A stretch of DNA of 64,000 bases, taken from contig NC_092388.1 of assembly GCF_030028105.1 (NCBI RefSeq), forward strand, positions 46,940,581 through 47,004,580. Direction: 5' to 3'. Origin of the DNA: Mobula birostris (lineage: Eukaryota). Below the pieces are notes generated by a model, which saw only the letters and a list, made by a program, of their open reading frames with translations, did not search any database and was not told the DNA's origin. Below, in pieces: positions 48,923-62,662 of this stretch. How positions within the stretch are numbered: the first letter of the stretch is position 1; every line of letters starts with the position of its first letter. Made by a program: the position numbers and the translations under genes.

Positions 48923-49980
48923 CAGAAACATAGAAAATAGGTGCAGGAGTAGGCCATTTGGCCCTTCGAGCCTGCACCGCCATTTATTATGATCATGGCT
49001 GATCATCCAACTCAGAACCCTGCCCCAGCCTTCCCTCCATACCCCCTGATCCCTGTAGCCACAAGGGCCATATCTAACTCCCTCTTAAATATAGCTAATG
49101 AACTGGCCTCAACTGTTTCCTGTGGCAGAGAATTCCACAGATTCACCACTCTCTGTGTGAAGAAGTTTTTCCTAATCTCGGTCCTAAAAGGCTTCCCCTT
49201 TATCCTCAAACTGTGACCCCTTGTTCTGGACTTCCCCAACATCGGGAACAATCTTCCTGCATCTAGCCTGTCCAATCCTTTTAGGATTTTATACGTTTCA
49301 ATCAGATACCCCCTCAATCTTCTAAATTCCAACGAGTACAAGCCCAGTTCATCCAGTCTTTCTTCATATGAAAGTCCTGCCATCCCAGGAATCAATCTGG
49401 TGAACCTTCTTTGTACTCCCTCTATGGCAAGGATGTCTTTCCTCAGATTAGGGGACCAAAACTACACACAATACTCCAGGTGTGGTCTCACCAAGGCCTT
49501 GTACAACTGCAGTAGTACCTCCCTGCTCCTGTACTCGAATCCTCTCGCTATAAATGCCAGCATACCATTTGCCTTTTTCACCGCCTGCTGTACCTGCATG
49601 CCCACTTTCAATGACTGGTGTATAATGACACTCAGGTCTCGTTGCACCTCCCCTTTTCCTAATCGGCCACCATTCAGATAATAATCTGTTTTCCTATTTT
49701 TGCCACCAAAGTGGATAACTTCACATTTATCCACATTAAATTGCATCTGCCATGAATTTGCCCACTCACCCAACCTATCCAAGTCACTCTGCATCCTCTT
49801 AGCATCCTCCTCACAGCTAACACTGCCACCCAGCTTCGTGTCATCCGCAAACTTGGAGATGCTGCATTTAATTCCCTCATCCAAGTCATTAATATATATT
49901 GTAAACAACTGGGGTCCCAGCACTGAGCCTTGCGGTACCCCACTAGTCACCGCCTGCCATTCTGAAAAGGTCCCGTTTAT
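48923..49980 (-). mobile_element. CR1 LINE 3' ~1 kb, well preserved
   Basis: SGVPQGSVLGPQLFTIYINDLD, KFADDTKLG, LVRPHLEYCV and FFTQRVVNLWNSLP. The tail reads (AGAAACAT)n on +. Confidence 0.95.
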
Positions 49981-50099
49981 TCATATCATTAAGATAGCTA
50001 AGGGTTTTAACTAATCCATCAATCAGGTAAACATGCTGTTGAATCAGTCAAGCTTTCCATTGCATCGTTGAGTCAGATTTTCCAGACCATCCATCAGGC

Positions 50100-51350
50100 A
50101 GAATTCTTTGGTACAGGTATTATTGTCACATGTACCAAGATGCAGTGACAAACTTATCTTGCACACTGTTCATACAGATCAGATCATTAAACAGTGCACT
50201 GAGGTAGAACAATATAGTATAACAGGAACAGAGAGAGTATAGTGCAGGTAAATGACAAAGTGCAAGATATAACAAGGTAGATTGCGAGGTCAAGAGTACT
50301 TACTACCTGTTAAGCCACTGGTATTTAGGGCAGCAATGAAGGTCCTCCATCTCTGGTGCTGTTCAGACTTCCTTCACTGTATCGGAAGCTTCTCAGTTTT
50401 CGCTATCATTTGTCATGCAAGTCCTGGGCGGAAACTCAGGAATACTGTCGCATTCAGATGTAGAAGAATTCTTTGTTGCTGTTTCTGTAACAATTTTGCT
50501 TTGCTAGTCAGGGTTGTTATTCAGCCAGAGACACATTCCACCGAGATGCAACACAGAGCGTCATAGGAAGTCATTCCTGCCTGTGGCCATCAAACTTTAC
50601 AACTCCTCCCTTGGAGGGTCAGACACCCTGAGCCAATAGGCTGGTCCTGGACTTATTTCCTGGCATAATTTACATATTACTATTTAATTATTTATGGTTT
50701 TATCACTATTTAATTATTTAAGGTGCAACTGTAACGTAAACCAATTTCCCTCAGGATCAATAAAGTGTGACTATGACTAAGCTGAACCCCCGAATCTGGA
50801 TGACCAGTGGACCACTGTTAGCCTGTCCTCTACCCTTGACCTGTTTGGCATGGGTGACCCTACCAAGAGCCAAAGCATGAAGCCCTGACTCCAGTCAACA
50901 TAACTTGCCGGGCTATTGAGGCTCACAAGACTCCAAACCACGACAAGGTTGTGGACCTCGTGTTTCCTGGTACCTATTGTACTCGGAAACAATTCAGTAG
51001 TTTTAATAGAGTGGGGTAGAAACTGCTCTTGAGTCTGGTAGTGTGTGCTTTCAGACTTTTGTATCTTCTGCCCAATGGCAGAGAAAATGGATGTCTGGAG
51101 TTGGTGGGGTTTTTGATTATGCTGGCTGCTTTTCTGAGGTACTGGGAAGTATAGGCAGAGTCCACAGAGTGGAGGCTGGTTTCCATGAAGTGCGGAGCTG
51201 TGTCCAGAATCCTGTAGTTTCTTGCAGCCATGTGGAGGGTAGTTACCATACCATGCTGTTATGTATCCAGATAGTATGCCTTTTGTACAACGATAAAAGA
51301 GTAGATGGCGATGTGACAAATTTCTTTAGCTTCCTGAGGAAGTAGAGGTG
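50100..51350 (-). mobile_element. Rex1/Babar-like LINE 3' fragment hosting an RTE-derived element (about 50300-50965) that hosts another LINE tail (50540-50778, +)
   Basis: ILSGYITAWYGN and LPLGRRYKSLKAHTTRLKSSFYP. The RTE-like ends match 58790-59135 in reverse. The innermost piece ends in AATAAAGTGTGACTATGACTA. Confidence 0.7.
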
Positions 51351-51370
51351 TTTGATACATTCTATTCTAT

Positions 51371-51870
51371 TGTTGCGGATAAGTGTCAGGAGCAGCAGAC
51401 AGAATAGATCAGGTCGACTCAGAGACTTGTTTCAGACTAAAGGGTTTTATTTCATGATATCATGGAGAGTGCAGACTTCTAAAACAGAGCTCCACAGCTC
51501 TGCTCAACAATGGATTACGCCCTTACTTATAGCCCAGGTGTACGTGACAAGAAGCACTTAAATCTGAAGAAGGAGGGAACTTCGACTACAACTCGTTAGG
51601 ATAGCGAAGCTGCACTATGTGTCCTTGAGCGGTTATACATTTTCTGAAGTGTTAGTTCTCGGGACAGTGTATCAGGCTTTCCCAAGCGCAGACACATGAT
51701 GATTCTTAGAACAAGGAAGCACAGACATAGTTATTTTCCCATCCCATCTACAAGCGCATTTCAGTCACATTAGTCGCAGATAAGTGATTACAGACTTTGA
51801 ATTCACATGCTGGAAGGAGGTCATTAACCTCTTAACATTCGTCAGAATGTCTTACTATTTTTCTTCCACA
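51371..51870 (-). mobile_element. Solo LTR (500 bp) with 5-bp TSD
   Basis: TG...CA termini, perfect TSD TCTAT (51366-51370, 51871-51875) and AATAAA on - at about 51446-51451. Confidence 0.7.
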
Positions 51871-52504
51871 TCTATACACCACTCTGTCTTATTAAAGAGA
51901 CTTTTCATTCCATCAGTCAAACTTTCAGTTCCATCCATCAGGCATAATGGCATTGCCTTTATTGGGTACAAAATATGGATTTAATATGTTTTTAATTGAT
52001 CAATTAATATCGCTTTTAGCTATTGATGAATGTGTAATTTTATTCCAAATTGTGGATTCATTTTCTTTGAACAAGAAGAAATTGATCTTTTCATTATTCT
52101 TTCTGCTCCCTCTCAGCTTTCAGAGCACTAATCTGCCTTTACAGACATTGATTCTCAGATCTTTTGAAGTGAAGCATCTTTCAATGTCAACAGGCTCCTA
52201 ACTGGCAGTATCATTTCCTCTGAATAACTATTAGCTCATGTTCATTTCCTCTGGAGACCATTTACCAAGATTTCTCTTCCCTCTGGGGGAACTTCCTGTA
52301 AAGGCAGAAGATATCAGTTAAAGGGAACTTACTTCATTTGATATCCATTAATTTAAAATTGAAAATTATTTTCTTTATTTACAAGTTATTCTAGTACTTA
52401 ACAGTTGGCCCAACCATGTTGGTTCAGAGGTCAGTTATCTGCTTATCATTTTATTGTCATTTGGATATCATTTTGACAGTACTGCAGTCAACTTTGTAAA
52501 AGGA

Positions 52505-53036
52505 TTTCCTGGTGGCCAATCATTTTAATTTCACTTCCTAATCCCATTCTGACATGTTAGTCCATGACCTCCTCTATTGCCATGATGAGGCCAATCTCAA
52601 GTTGCAACACAAATATTCCGATCTGGGTAGCTTCCAAACTGATGGCATGACCACTGATTTCTCTAACTTTCAGTATTCTCCCTGTCCCCTTCCATTCCCC
52701 ACTCTGCCTCCCCTTTAACCTCTTCTCTCTCCTCACCTGCCTATCACCTCGCCTGGTACCCCTCCTTCTTTCCTTTCTGCCATGGTCCACTTTCCTCTCC
52801 TATCAAATTCCTTCTTCTTCAACCCTTTACCTTTTCCACCTCTCACATCTCAGCTTCTTAGTTCATCCCTCTTTTCCCACCCACCTGGCTTCACCTATCA
52901 CCTTCTAGCTTGTACTCCCTCTCCTCCCCCACACATCTTCCCCCTTCCTTTCCAGTCCTGATGAAGGGCGTCAGCCTGAAACATCGACTGTCCAATCATT
53001 TCCATAGAAGCTGCCTGAACTACTCAGTTCCTCCAG

Positions 53037-53073
<37 letters not shown>

Positions 53074-53075
53074 GC
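52505..53075 (+). mobile_element. Penelope-like 3' fragment with hammerhead core and (TG)n
   Basis: VANHFNFTS.SHSDMLVH..GMTTDFSNF (GIY-YIG C-terminus). CAGTC-CTGATGA-AGGGCGTCAGCCT-GAAAC-ATC-GACTG at 52953-52990. Confidence 0.82.
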
Positions 53076-53717
53076 ATTAGAACATTAAACCTTGATTGTG
53101 CATTCTACTAAATAGACTCCTTTTGACTATCAGTAGAAATAGTATCGAGGAAGGCACTGAGTAATTGGATTTATTTTTGAGAGAGTGAGTGAAAATAGCA
53201 AGTTTGAAATTTAACACGATATCAATGTCTTCCACCTTATGGATGTGTATTTACAGCACTTGTTTTTGAAATATTTTGAAACTATTTCCACGTGGTCCAG
53301 AGTCTTTTAGATAAATCATTAGCTTTATTTCCTTTAGTTATTGAATATAAACAAAATTTTAATCTACCATTTCACTTTAAGAGATTATAAACCAAACATT
53401 TAGTGATCAACCTGGACCTTTGATAATTAAATGGTACTTTACACTGTTACAATGGGACACAATACAATCTTTTGGGCACGTGCAGCATTCAAGATTCAAC
53501 ATGGGGTTCTCTAGCTTTAAATAACATGATCTTTCTCTATATACAGGAACCATTTCTGCCTGCCTTCCCTTACTCTTGTTGTGTCTGTATGGTCTGGTCC
53601 AGTGAGCGAGTTCACTATGCTGCAGCCAAATCAGAAACAAGTTCCACAGTTATAATAGTTTTCCCTTATCCCACCCACCAGCTGTCTTTTCTCTATCAGA
53701 GAAATTCCCTTTGTTGA

Positions 53718-55320
53718 ACATTAGAACATAGGAAATAGGAGCAGGAGTCGGCCACCTGGCCCATCAAGCCTGCTCCACCATTTAGTAAGATCACAGCTGA
53801 TCTGGTCATGGACTCATCTCCACCCACCTGCCTTTTCCCCATAACCCTTAAATTCCCTTACTATGCAAAAATCTATCCATCCTTGTCTTAAATATATTTA
53901 CTGAGGTAGCCTCCACTGCTTCATCGGGCAGAGAATTCCGCAGATTCACCGCTCTCTGGGAAAAGCAGTACCTCCTCATCTCTGTCCTAAATCTACTCCC
54001 CTGAATCTTGAGGCTATGTCCCCTAGTTCTAGTCTCACCTACCGGTGTAAACAACCTTCTTGCCTCTATCTTATCTACCCCTTTCATAATTCTATGTGTT
54101 TCTATAAGATCTCTTGTCATTCTTCTGAATTCCAGCGAATACAGTCCCAGGTGACTCAATCTCTCCTCATAGTCCATTCTCCTCATATCTGGAATCAACC
54201 TGGTGAACCTCCTCTACACCGCCTCCAAAGCCAGTATATCCAAGTATGGAGACCAGAACTGCACACAGTACTCCAGGTGCAGCCTCACCAGTACCCTGTA
54301 CAGTTGCAACATAAGCTCCCTGCTCTTAAATTCAATCCCTCTAGCAATGAAGGCCAACATTTCATTTGTCTTCTTGATAGCCTGCTGCACCTGCAAACCA
54401 ACCTTTGTGATTCATGCACGGGCACTCCCAAGACTCTCTGCACAACAGCATGCTGCAATTTTTTTACCATTTAAATAAAGATCTGATCTTCCATTTTTCC
54501 TTCCAAATTGGATGACCTCGCATTTACCAACATTGTACTCAACTTGCCAGACCCTTGCCCACTCACTTAACCTATCTATATCTCTCTGCAGACTCTCCGT
54601 ATCTTCTGCACAATTTGCTTTTCCACTCATTTAGTGTCATCAGGAAACTTAGATACACTACACACCGTCCCCTCTTCCAGATCGTTAATGTATATTGTGA
54701 ACAGCTGTGGGCCCAGTGCCGACCCCTGCGGCACATCGCTCACCGCTGATTGACAACCAGAGTAACCCATGTATCCCAACTCTCTGTTTTCTATTGGTTA
54801 ACTAATCCTCTATCCATGCTAATACATCACCCTCAACTCTATGTTTCCTTCTCTTATCTTGTACGCAGCACCTTATCGAACGCCTTCTGGAAATCCAGGT
54901 AAGCAACGTCCATCTGTTCCCCTCTATCCACTGTGCTCATCATATCCGCAAAGAACTCCAGTAAGTTTGTCAAACAGGACCTGCCTGTGCTGAATTCATA
55001 CTGCATCCGCCTGATGGATACATTTCTTTCCAGATGCTTCGCTATTTCTTCTTTAATGATAGCTTCAAGCATTTTTCCAACTACAGATGTTAAACCAACT
55101 ATAGTTACCTGCCTTTGCCTACATCCTTTTTTGAACAATGGCGTGACATTCGCCGTCTTCCAATCGGCTGGAATCTGCCCAGAGTCCAGAGAATTTTGGT
55201 AAATTATCACCAAAGCCTCTACCATAACTTTTGGCATTTTTTTTAGTACCCTGGGATGCATTCCATCAGGACTAGGGAACTTATCGATCTTCAGGCCCAC
55301 AAGCTTGCTCGGCACTACCT
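53718..55320 (-). mobile_element. CR1 LINE 3' ~1.6 kb (RT), frameshifted
   Basis: PDGMHPRVLK, PADWKTANVTPLFKKG, YLDFQKAFDKV and LVRLHLEYCVQFWSP. Confidence 0.93.
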
Positions 55321-55899
55321 CTTTATCTGAAATTGTTGCACTCAGAGTTTGCTGTTATCCAGACCACATTGTTCCTCTCCCGAACCTGATGAAGGATTCC
55401 TCATCTGAAATGTAAATTATTTCTCTTTCCACTGATGCCACCTGCCCTGCTTAGCGTTTCGGCATTTTCTGTCTTTAAATAATGTTGGCTCAGTTTTTTT
55501 CTCATGCTCCTCAAAGTTAAGCCTGCTGGAGACGTCCCACCACTTTTTTATTAACAGCACATAGCACAGACCAGGAAGCGTAATGTGCTAGTAATTAACC
55601 GCATCATGTCGTTTCATCGCATAATACGACAGACATTCCCTTCATTTTATACGCCCGCCTTCTTCCCTACTAAGGACAAACTTGGATCTCTCTCTCCCTC
55701 CCATTTCTGCCCAGAAACCCTCACTGTTCCTCTTTCCACAAACGCCGCCCAATTTGCTGGGCTTTTCCAGCATTTTCTGCTGAAGTGCGTTCAGAATTCA
55801 GGAATAATAAAGACTAGCCTCCGTGTTGATTTAATGTTTTTTTTCGTATAAGAACAGCATTTATACTGCTGAATAGCGGGCTGGGAATTTGTGAATATA

Positions 55900-57200
55900 G
55901 TGAACTTTGACCGTAAATGTGTAGTTGAAAAGTAATATCCAGTAATAAAGCATCTTGAAGCTGTACAGTGAACGCGGAACACCGAGTCGTGGCTCCACGA
56001 CTGAAATACATTCTGTGGTGGAATATAGTCCCGCAGATAACTGTGCGGGAGCTAACCGTTTACGTGAGCAGCATTTCCATCCTTACAATAAGGTGGCAGA
56101 TGTGAGCGGCAGCTGAGACCACGGGATCACATCACATCTGGTGCCGAGAGGAGGGTTCAGTAACCGGAGCCGGCGCTCGCACCGTACACCTGCCTCACAG
56201 TCACTGCGGTCACCGCGGACGAGGACAGTCTGTGAGTGTTGCTTTGATCCCAGCGTCCGCAGATTATTTTGTGTGTACCATTGACTGCGGCTCCGTGGGC
56301 TGCTACTCGGATGAACTCGGCTCGCTCAGTGCAGACGGTGGAGAGCAGCAAAGAATTGGCTAGGTAGGATTCAAGCAGGCTGCTTCTCGGTAGTAGGAAT
56401 CTAGCAACCTTATTCTTCGCCCATTCTCTGACCCCACCCCACCCCAGCCCAGTGGGAGATTTGCCCGCGGCTGACTCCTCAGATGGGAGTCATTCCCACT
56501 GCCGGTCTGCGTTGTAGGGCCGACCCGCACATCATGGGGGAATACAATGCAAGCCGTGAACTACCGGGAATAACCACAGTCTAGGCCGATCTGATGCGCA
56601 AGGTGACTCATTTCCTTCACCATCCCTGTGTTCTCTAGTGGTTCCCTGATCCACCGGCTTCAGGGTGGAAGAAATCTTGGGTTGCATGTCAGGAGGTGGA
56701 CGGCACTGTCTCTTTGTGGCATCCGAGCGAGGCACGTCTCTCCCTCGGTTTCTGAGGTAATCTCGAATCACAGAAGTGTCTCGCTGGAGTCGTGGTGACC
56801 AAGTGAACCCGCCAGAGCTAACCCCAGTGAGTGCGCGATAAGTATTTGGAGGAATAATTTTAAAACGGGGTGGGAGGGGGGAGAGAGAGAGAGAGAGAGA
56901 GAATAAAAATATCAACACCCCCACATCCCTTAGTTCCCGGCCTATCGGCTTGCTAATAGGCCACCTTCATTTTTAAAGAGACGAGGATATAAGAATCATG
57001 TACTTCGGCCATTAAAACTAACCAGACAACGTCACTGCCGAGCCATGACGGGTTGAGTTAATGGGGCCGGCTGGTAAATTTCTTAAAGCCGTTAAGTGCG
57101 AGTTTTAGTTCAGTTTCTTTGTTCTCACCGGGTCCCTACGCCGGCGAGTGGTCCAGTCTGCAGATTGATCGGTGTCTGATGCTGACAGTGGAATTCGCCA
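55900..57200 (+). promoter_or_regulatory. CpG-rich unique region, probable promoter / non-coding first exon of the next gene
   Basis: High CpG density with no recognisable TE. Candidate donors CT|GTGAGT (56232) and AG|GTAGGA (56364). Strand and gene identity are inferred only from mammalian synteny (KIAA0319). Confidence 0.5.
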
Positions 57201-58789
57201 GCTAATCTCACCGAATCTTTTTACTGGAACAGTGTAAGGTGGGGCAGGTGTAATGAATGGCCAAGTTATTCTATTAGGAGCTTGTTGGAATTCTGAGCAA
57301 AGGTTTAATCAGTTATTTGGTTTGGTTGATGGTCGTCTCCACTCCCCATTCCATTTTGTAAGCTCTGTATCCCCGTCTCTTATCCAATTAGTTCTTTCAA
57401 ATTACTTTCCCGTCTACCTTCATCACTAATGGAGACAAACTACCAGACTGGCCAGGGCTGACGGGAGAATCTCCATCCTCCCTTCATAGATCATTCCTGC
57501 TTGACAGGAAGAGACTGTGACCGTCTCTGTCCACCCACCTGGTACCGTGAAACAAGTTGTACCGTCAAGCACCGTCCTCTGAGATCTGTTAACGTGGCTC
57601 AAAGCCAAGGACAGGTAATTTTCTGGCTCAAAGGTCCAGTGATAGGTTTTTTGAAAAATAATAATTTCTCAGAAATGAGTCAGGTTTAGCTAACAGTGTG
57701 GATATTTGCCTAGTAATGTAATCAAGTTCACTGCAAGTTATTAAAGCTCAGAATGCAAATTGGCTGCAGGCATCAATATTTGGGCAATGGTAACTTCCAT
57801 GGGGTGAACTGTGATGTCCATGGTAAATGGGGTATGCCTGTAAATGAATGAATTTACAGGGGAATAGTGAGATGAGTTCAAAAAAGGTATTTACTCTGAT
57901 ATTGGACCTGTGTGTGCCACTGAAGAGCAAGGCTCCATCAAAACAATGGGCTTCTAAAAGCACGAAGTGGGGGAAAAAAGCCAAACTGAGATGAAATCTC
58001 CCAAAATCTTAGCAATAAGCAGAGATTCGCAAAGTATATGTGTCTAAACAAACAATAATAGCTGTGAAAAAGAAAATGAAAGCTTACAATGGATGTCGAA
58101 GTCATGAAATGTTGTAACTAGGATATGAATGACAAAGCAAATGAAAAAGGTGGATAGATTTGAATGATCTATCATTCCACCATTTTCATTACAATATCAT
58201 GATTTACAGTAAAGGAGGGTAGCTTTCCAAGACATTCTGAGTGATTTAAGATTAAATATGGAGCAAGAACCTGCAAAAATTAACAACAGCAAAATAGCAG
58301 TGAATTCATTAAAATAAGCCCAAAGAAGTCATATCAGAATCTCACAGCTTCCATTCCTGGATTTTAAAGAAATTGTGTGAGAGGCTGAAATTTCCTAAAA
58401 TTGTAAATTCATTTTATTGTTTTCTACAAAGTGGGCAGAATGGTCTCTATCTATAGCAGCTCTCAGAATATTCCCATCAGTACCATTTCCCATTTATCCC
58501 CCTTGCAACCTATCCCCTCTCAGCTTCCTGCTCAGCAATCCTTACACACAAGGGCAATTTACAACACCCAATTCACTTACCCTGTCATCTCTGGAATATG
58601 GGAAGAAATGGGACAATGGGGCGGGGGTAGAGGGAGGATCCCACAGAAAGACCATCCATACTCTACGCAGACAGTGCTCAAAGTTAGAATTTAACCTAGA
58701 TTAGTCTAGTTGGGCAACTACAGCAGCATTTGCTGTATCACTTTGCTAACGTTTTATCCATACCATTTCACGCTTTCCTCTAAGAAGAC

Positions 58790-59135
58790 CACACCCTTGT
58801 CATGGGGTTTAGAGGCTATGTTGCCTGGAGTCAGCCATGCTGAACAGGCCAAAGGGTAGAAGCCAGACTAAGAGTGGTCCACCAGTCCTCTGGTTTCAGG
58901 GGTTCAGTTCAGGGCTAACAACCCTGACTGGTGAAACAAAACTGTTACAAAAACAGCAATAAATAATCCTTCTATATCTGAGTGTGACGGTATTCCTGAG
59001 TCTCCACCAGGGACTTGCATGACTGAGAGTAGTGAAAACCGAGCTACTGACACAATTGTGGAAGCCCTGGATACCACCAGGGATAGAGGACCTTCATTGC
59101 TGCCCTAAACCCCAGCAGTGTAATGGGCAGTGAAG
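58790..59135 (+). mobile_element. RTE-derived bipartite non-autonomous element
   Basis: RTE 5'UTR-like ccttgtcatgg...gagtggtccac joined to the 3' end ggaccttcattgctgccctaaa. An inverse copy lies at about 50300-50965. Confidence 0.6.
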
Positions 59136-60383
59136 TAGAGCACTTCACTCCTTAGAAAAATGGGAAAGGTGAGCCAAGGGAACTGTAAACCAATCAGTTT
59201 AATACCTGCAGTCAGGAAATTTGTGAAGAATAATGTGATGGCACATCTAGAAAAATAGGATTGAGTGAATCCATTATGAATATGCAATAAGTGTCCATCT
59301 TTGATTGAACAATTTGAAAAGTGGGCAGGAGAAAGTTTTTGCATGTAATTCATAAAGAGCTCAAGAAGGCATTTGATAGCATCCCCCATTTGAGACAGCT
59401 AGTGAATGTGAAGCTTGTTAATGATTAGAAAATTGATAAAGTAGCAAATCTGAAATAAAACGAAGTCTGAAATGGGTCAGACAATATAAATTAACATTTC
59501 AAATGGAAGACATTTCATCAGAACTGGGAAAGGGAGGGTGAGCTGATGATGGAGAGGGGCAAAATAACCGTTAAATTGCAAAAGTTCTTGTTTAAACTAC
59601 TTTGTATACAAATGAAATGAAGAACCAAGCAATGTTTTTGGTAGAGGCACATGTGATTGCAGATACTGGAAATTAGAGATTAAACAATCTGCTGGGCCAG
59701 TGTCCTTGGGAGAAAAGGAATTGTTGATGATTTGGATCAAAACTCTGAATCACAATGGGGAGGTGGTTTTCTTTCAGATAAGACACCAAAATCAAAGTCT
59801 CATTTTCTGCTGATGCAGCATTATGACCGAAATCAGTGACATGTCCTTTCTTCTACCTGTAGAGTTCCTCCAGACGGTTGTTTGTTGCTGTTTTCAGTAG
59901 TTACTGTTGAGTATGTAATGTTTAATATTGCCATAGAAACCCATGTAGTCACTTGAATAATCAGGAGCACAAGGGACGGTGATGGTGGAATCTGGAACAA
60001 CCCGTCAGAGGAACTCTGGGTTGAGCAGTGTCTGTGGTGGGGGGTGGGGGAGGAGGGGGGTTGCTGAGGAAGAATTGTCGTGGTTTCAGGTTAAAACCCT
60101 GCATTATCAGGAAATGGGACTTGGATTTTAGTGTCTCATCTGAAAGAGCAACACCTCCCAAAAATACTACTCTCCCTCGGTACAAGAATGAAGTCATGCT
60201 TTGTTGGCTTTAGATCTGCATCAGAACTTGACAGAACAGGTTGGTAACTAAGAGGTGAATGCTATCAACTGAGCAAAGCAGCACCATAACAACTATCGAG
60301 TCGCAGGGGTGCAGTGCTAAAATTTTTTAGGTGCCGGAGCTGACAAGATGCTTGTCATTTCCTATATCCTCTCTATATATATG

Positions 60384-60474
60384 TCACACCCAATTTGTGT
60401 ACTTGCTCATTTCATGTACTGGGCAACTTCCTTGCCCCATTCACGTAATGAGCAGGTACACAAATTGGGTGTGA
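60384..60474. repeat. Short palindromic MITE-like hairpin between (TA)n tracts
   Basis: tcacacccaatttgtgtacttgctcatt ... aatgagcaggtacacaaattgggtgtga: 28-bp arms with one mismatch. Confidence 0.8.
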
Positions 60475-62662
60475 TATATATATATAAAAATAGGGCTTCT
60501 TATAATGTCAAGCACTAAACCAAGATGAAAGAAATATATGAATTCCAGAGCTCCACAGAAATATAGTTTTAGTTGAAACATTAACAAGATTATAGCCTAT
60601 CACTACATTTCAGTGTATAACTGGTACAATAAAACATATAATACTTAATTTAATAATATGACAAAGTATTGCATGGTTGCACTCACTAATTATCATAAAA
60701 TATAATTATTAAACAAGTAAAGAAAAAGATGGTAATTATGTATTTTACCAATTTAAAAGTAATTACCTACTTACTAAATGCCACCAATGAGAAGTTTCAC
60801 AATAGTTTCCACAAAAGGTCAGGTGTAATATGTGTTTGGGGGTCTGAAGCAACTCTCATCCTGGTGTCATCTGCTGATCTGTGGTGTCGCAGCCATGATG
60901 CGACGTACGGCTCAGGATTCCACTGAACTAGAGGAGATCCGTGTAGTTTAACAAACATAAGTGTTGATACATGATTTATGAGAATTCTTGAGCGTGTTGT
61001 TGTTATTATCAAGTTCATGTGACTGAATCCTTTCTGACTCTCAGCAGTACTAATGGGAATAACTTGTGAACAGCTCAGTAATGGACGTAAATCTTGGGGG
61101 ATGCGGCGTCCACAATCCTCCACATAATCTCTGAAGGCATTTATTACAGAGGAAGAAGAAAGCTGAAACCTCTTACAGAGAGATGATATTGCAGCTTCTC
61201 CATAATTAGGTGATATTTCAGCAGGCCAGTTATCTTTATCAAGGGCACACATTTCATTTAGCAGGGATTTATACATACTTTGAGGTTTAGAAGTTTGAAA
61301 ACCTTTCAAGGATGTTGCCGTGAACATACGGTGCTGCATATTGTTTATAAGACTAGTAAGAAACTGTAGATAATTAATGGAGACAATTTTGTTGGTGCTT
61401 GTTAAGGTAATTTCTCCAAACTTCCCCTTTTCAACTGCCTCTTGAGCTTCTAGAGTTTTTGTACCAGGTTGCTCTTTCAGTCCATGCAGTGATTTTGTGC
61501 TCCGTTGGATCAGTTTGTCTGCATAAACAATCGTAGTAGTGCATTTCTGTAAACACTCTGACAGTAAACCAAGTTCATGCAATGTGTCATACATTAGAGC
61601 TAAGTCCAATAGAAGCTGTTCTGAAGAGAGTCTTTTCAGCAGACCTTCACAGGTTTTTCTGTCACTCCCAGATCTTGTTACATTGCTTTTTCAAAATGAA
61701 AACACAGTGCTTCATAATTTTGCCACACTGCTGAAACTGTTCGAAACGAGCTAGCTACCCACCTGGTGCCCAGAACATGGCCTATTTTGCAAATTTGTTG
61801 TTCTAGTTGAGAGGCACATTCAGACAGTTCCTTTTGATTTAGAGGTGATCTACTGTAAACAGAGTACAATTTGTCCATAAATGATTGAAAATGATTTATT
61901 TCATGAACTTCTCTCACCGAATCACCTACTGCAAGTTCTAATCTGTGATTCAGACAGTGCCAAGTTATCATATCAGGGTAATGTTCCTTGGGAATTGTAG
62001 CAACACCAGATTTGACACCAAGCATTACGCTCGCCCCATCACGCGCAAATGCTACAAGGTTCTGTTTCAAGCAAGGGTCATCAAACCCATGGTTATTGAG
62101 ACAGTTCAATAGATGGTCAGTAATAGTTGCAGCTTTCTGATCAGGCAGTTCAATTAGATCTAAAAATATAAAATGGGGATCACCTTCCTTATCACTTTCA
62201 CATTTCAAATAAATTATTAGGGCGGTCTTAATGCTCAGGCTTGTTGTTTCATCAATGAGAACAGAAAATTTGCCATTTATCTGCTTGATATGCTGGCAAA
62301 TTTTCTTTTTCATATTAATGGCTATGTGATTAATTATCTCTGTAGCACTAGTACGGGAATGCAGTCCAATTCCAATGTCAATACCATTTTTTTTGAAGTT
62401 CCAATAAGCCAAAGTGATCAGAGTATGGTTTGTCATTCTGAGCTAAATAATATGTAGAATGAAAAATTGAACAAGTTGCTTTTAGATGCGAAGCATTCAA
62501 GGTGTCACATAATTTTCGAAGAGCACCTTCACTAGCTATATTTTCAACACTTAGAGCAGCAGTGTGAGCTTTTGATAGTTTGTGATCAACAATTTTCTTT
62601 CTTAGAGACTTCAAGCGTGTACTTCGATCGGCTCCATAATAGAATACTTGGTACACCTGCCA

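Noticed and set aside
56157-56924. Minus-strand ORFs in the CpG island; REST or RFX sites
   Set aside because: The ORFs have no recognisable domain and include a (CT)n tract. Motif matches were too weak to call by eye.
60797-62436. Domesticated ZNF862/KIAA1586 host gene
   Set aside because: TIRs and TSD are still present, and the ORF is frameshifted, consistent with a transposon copy.
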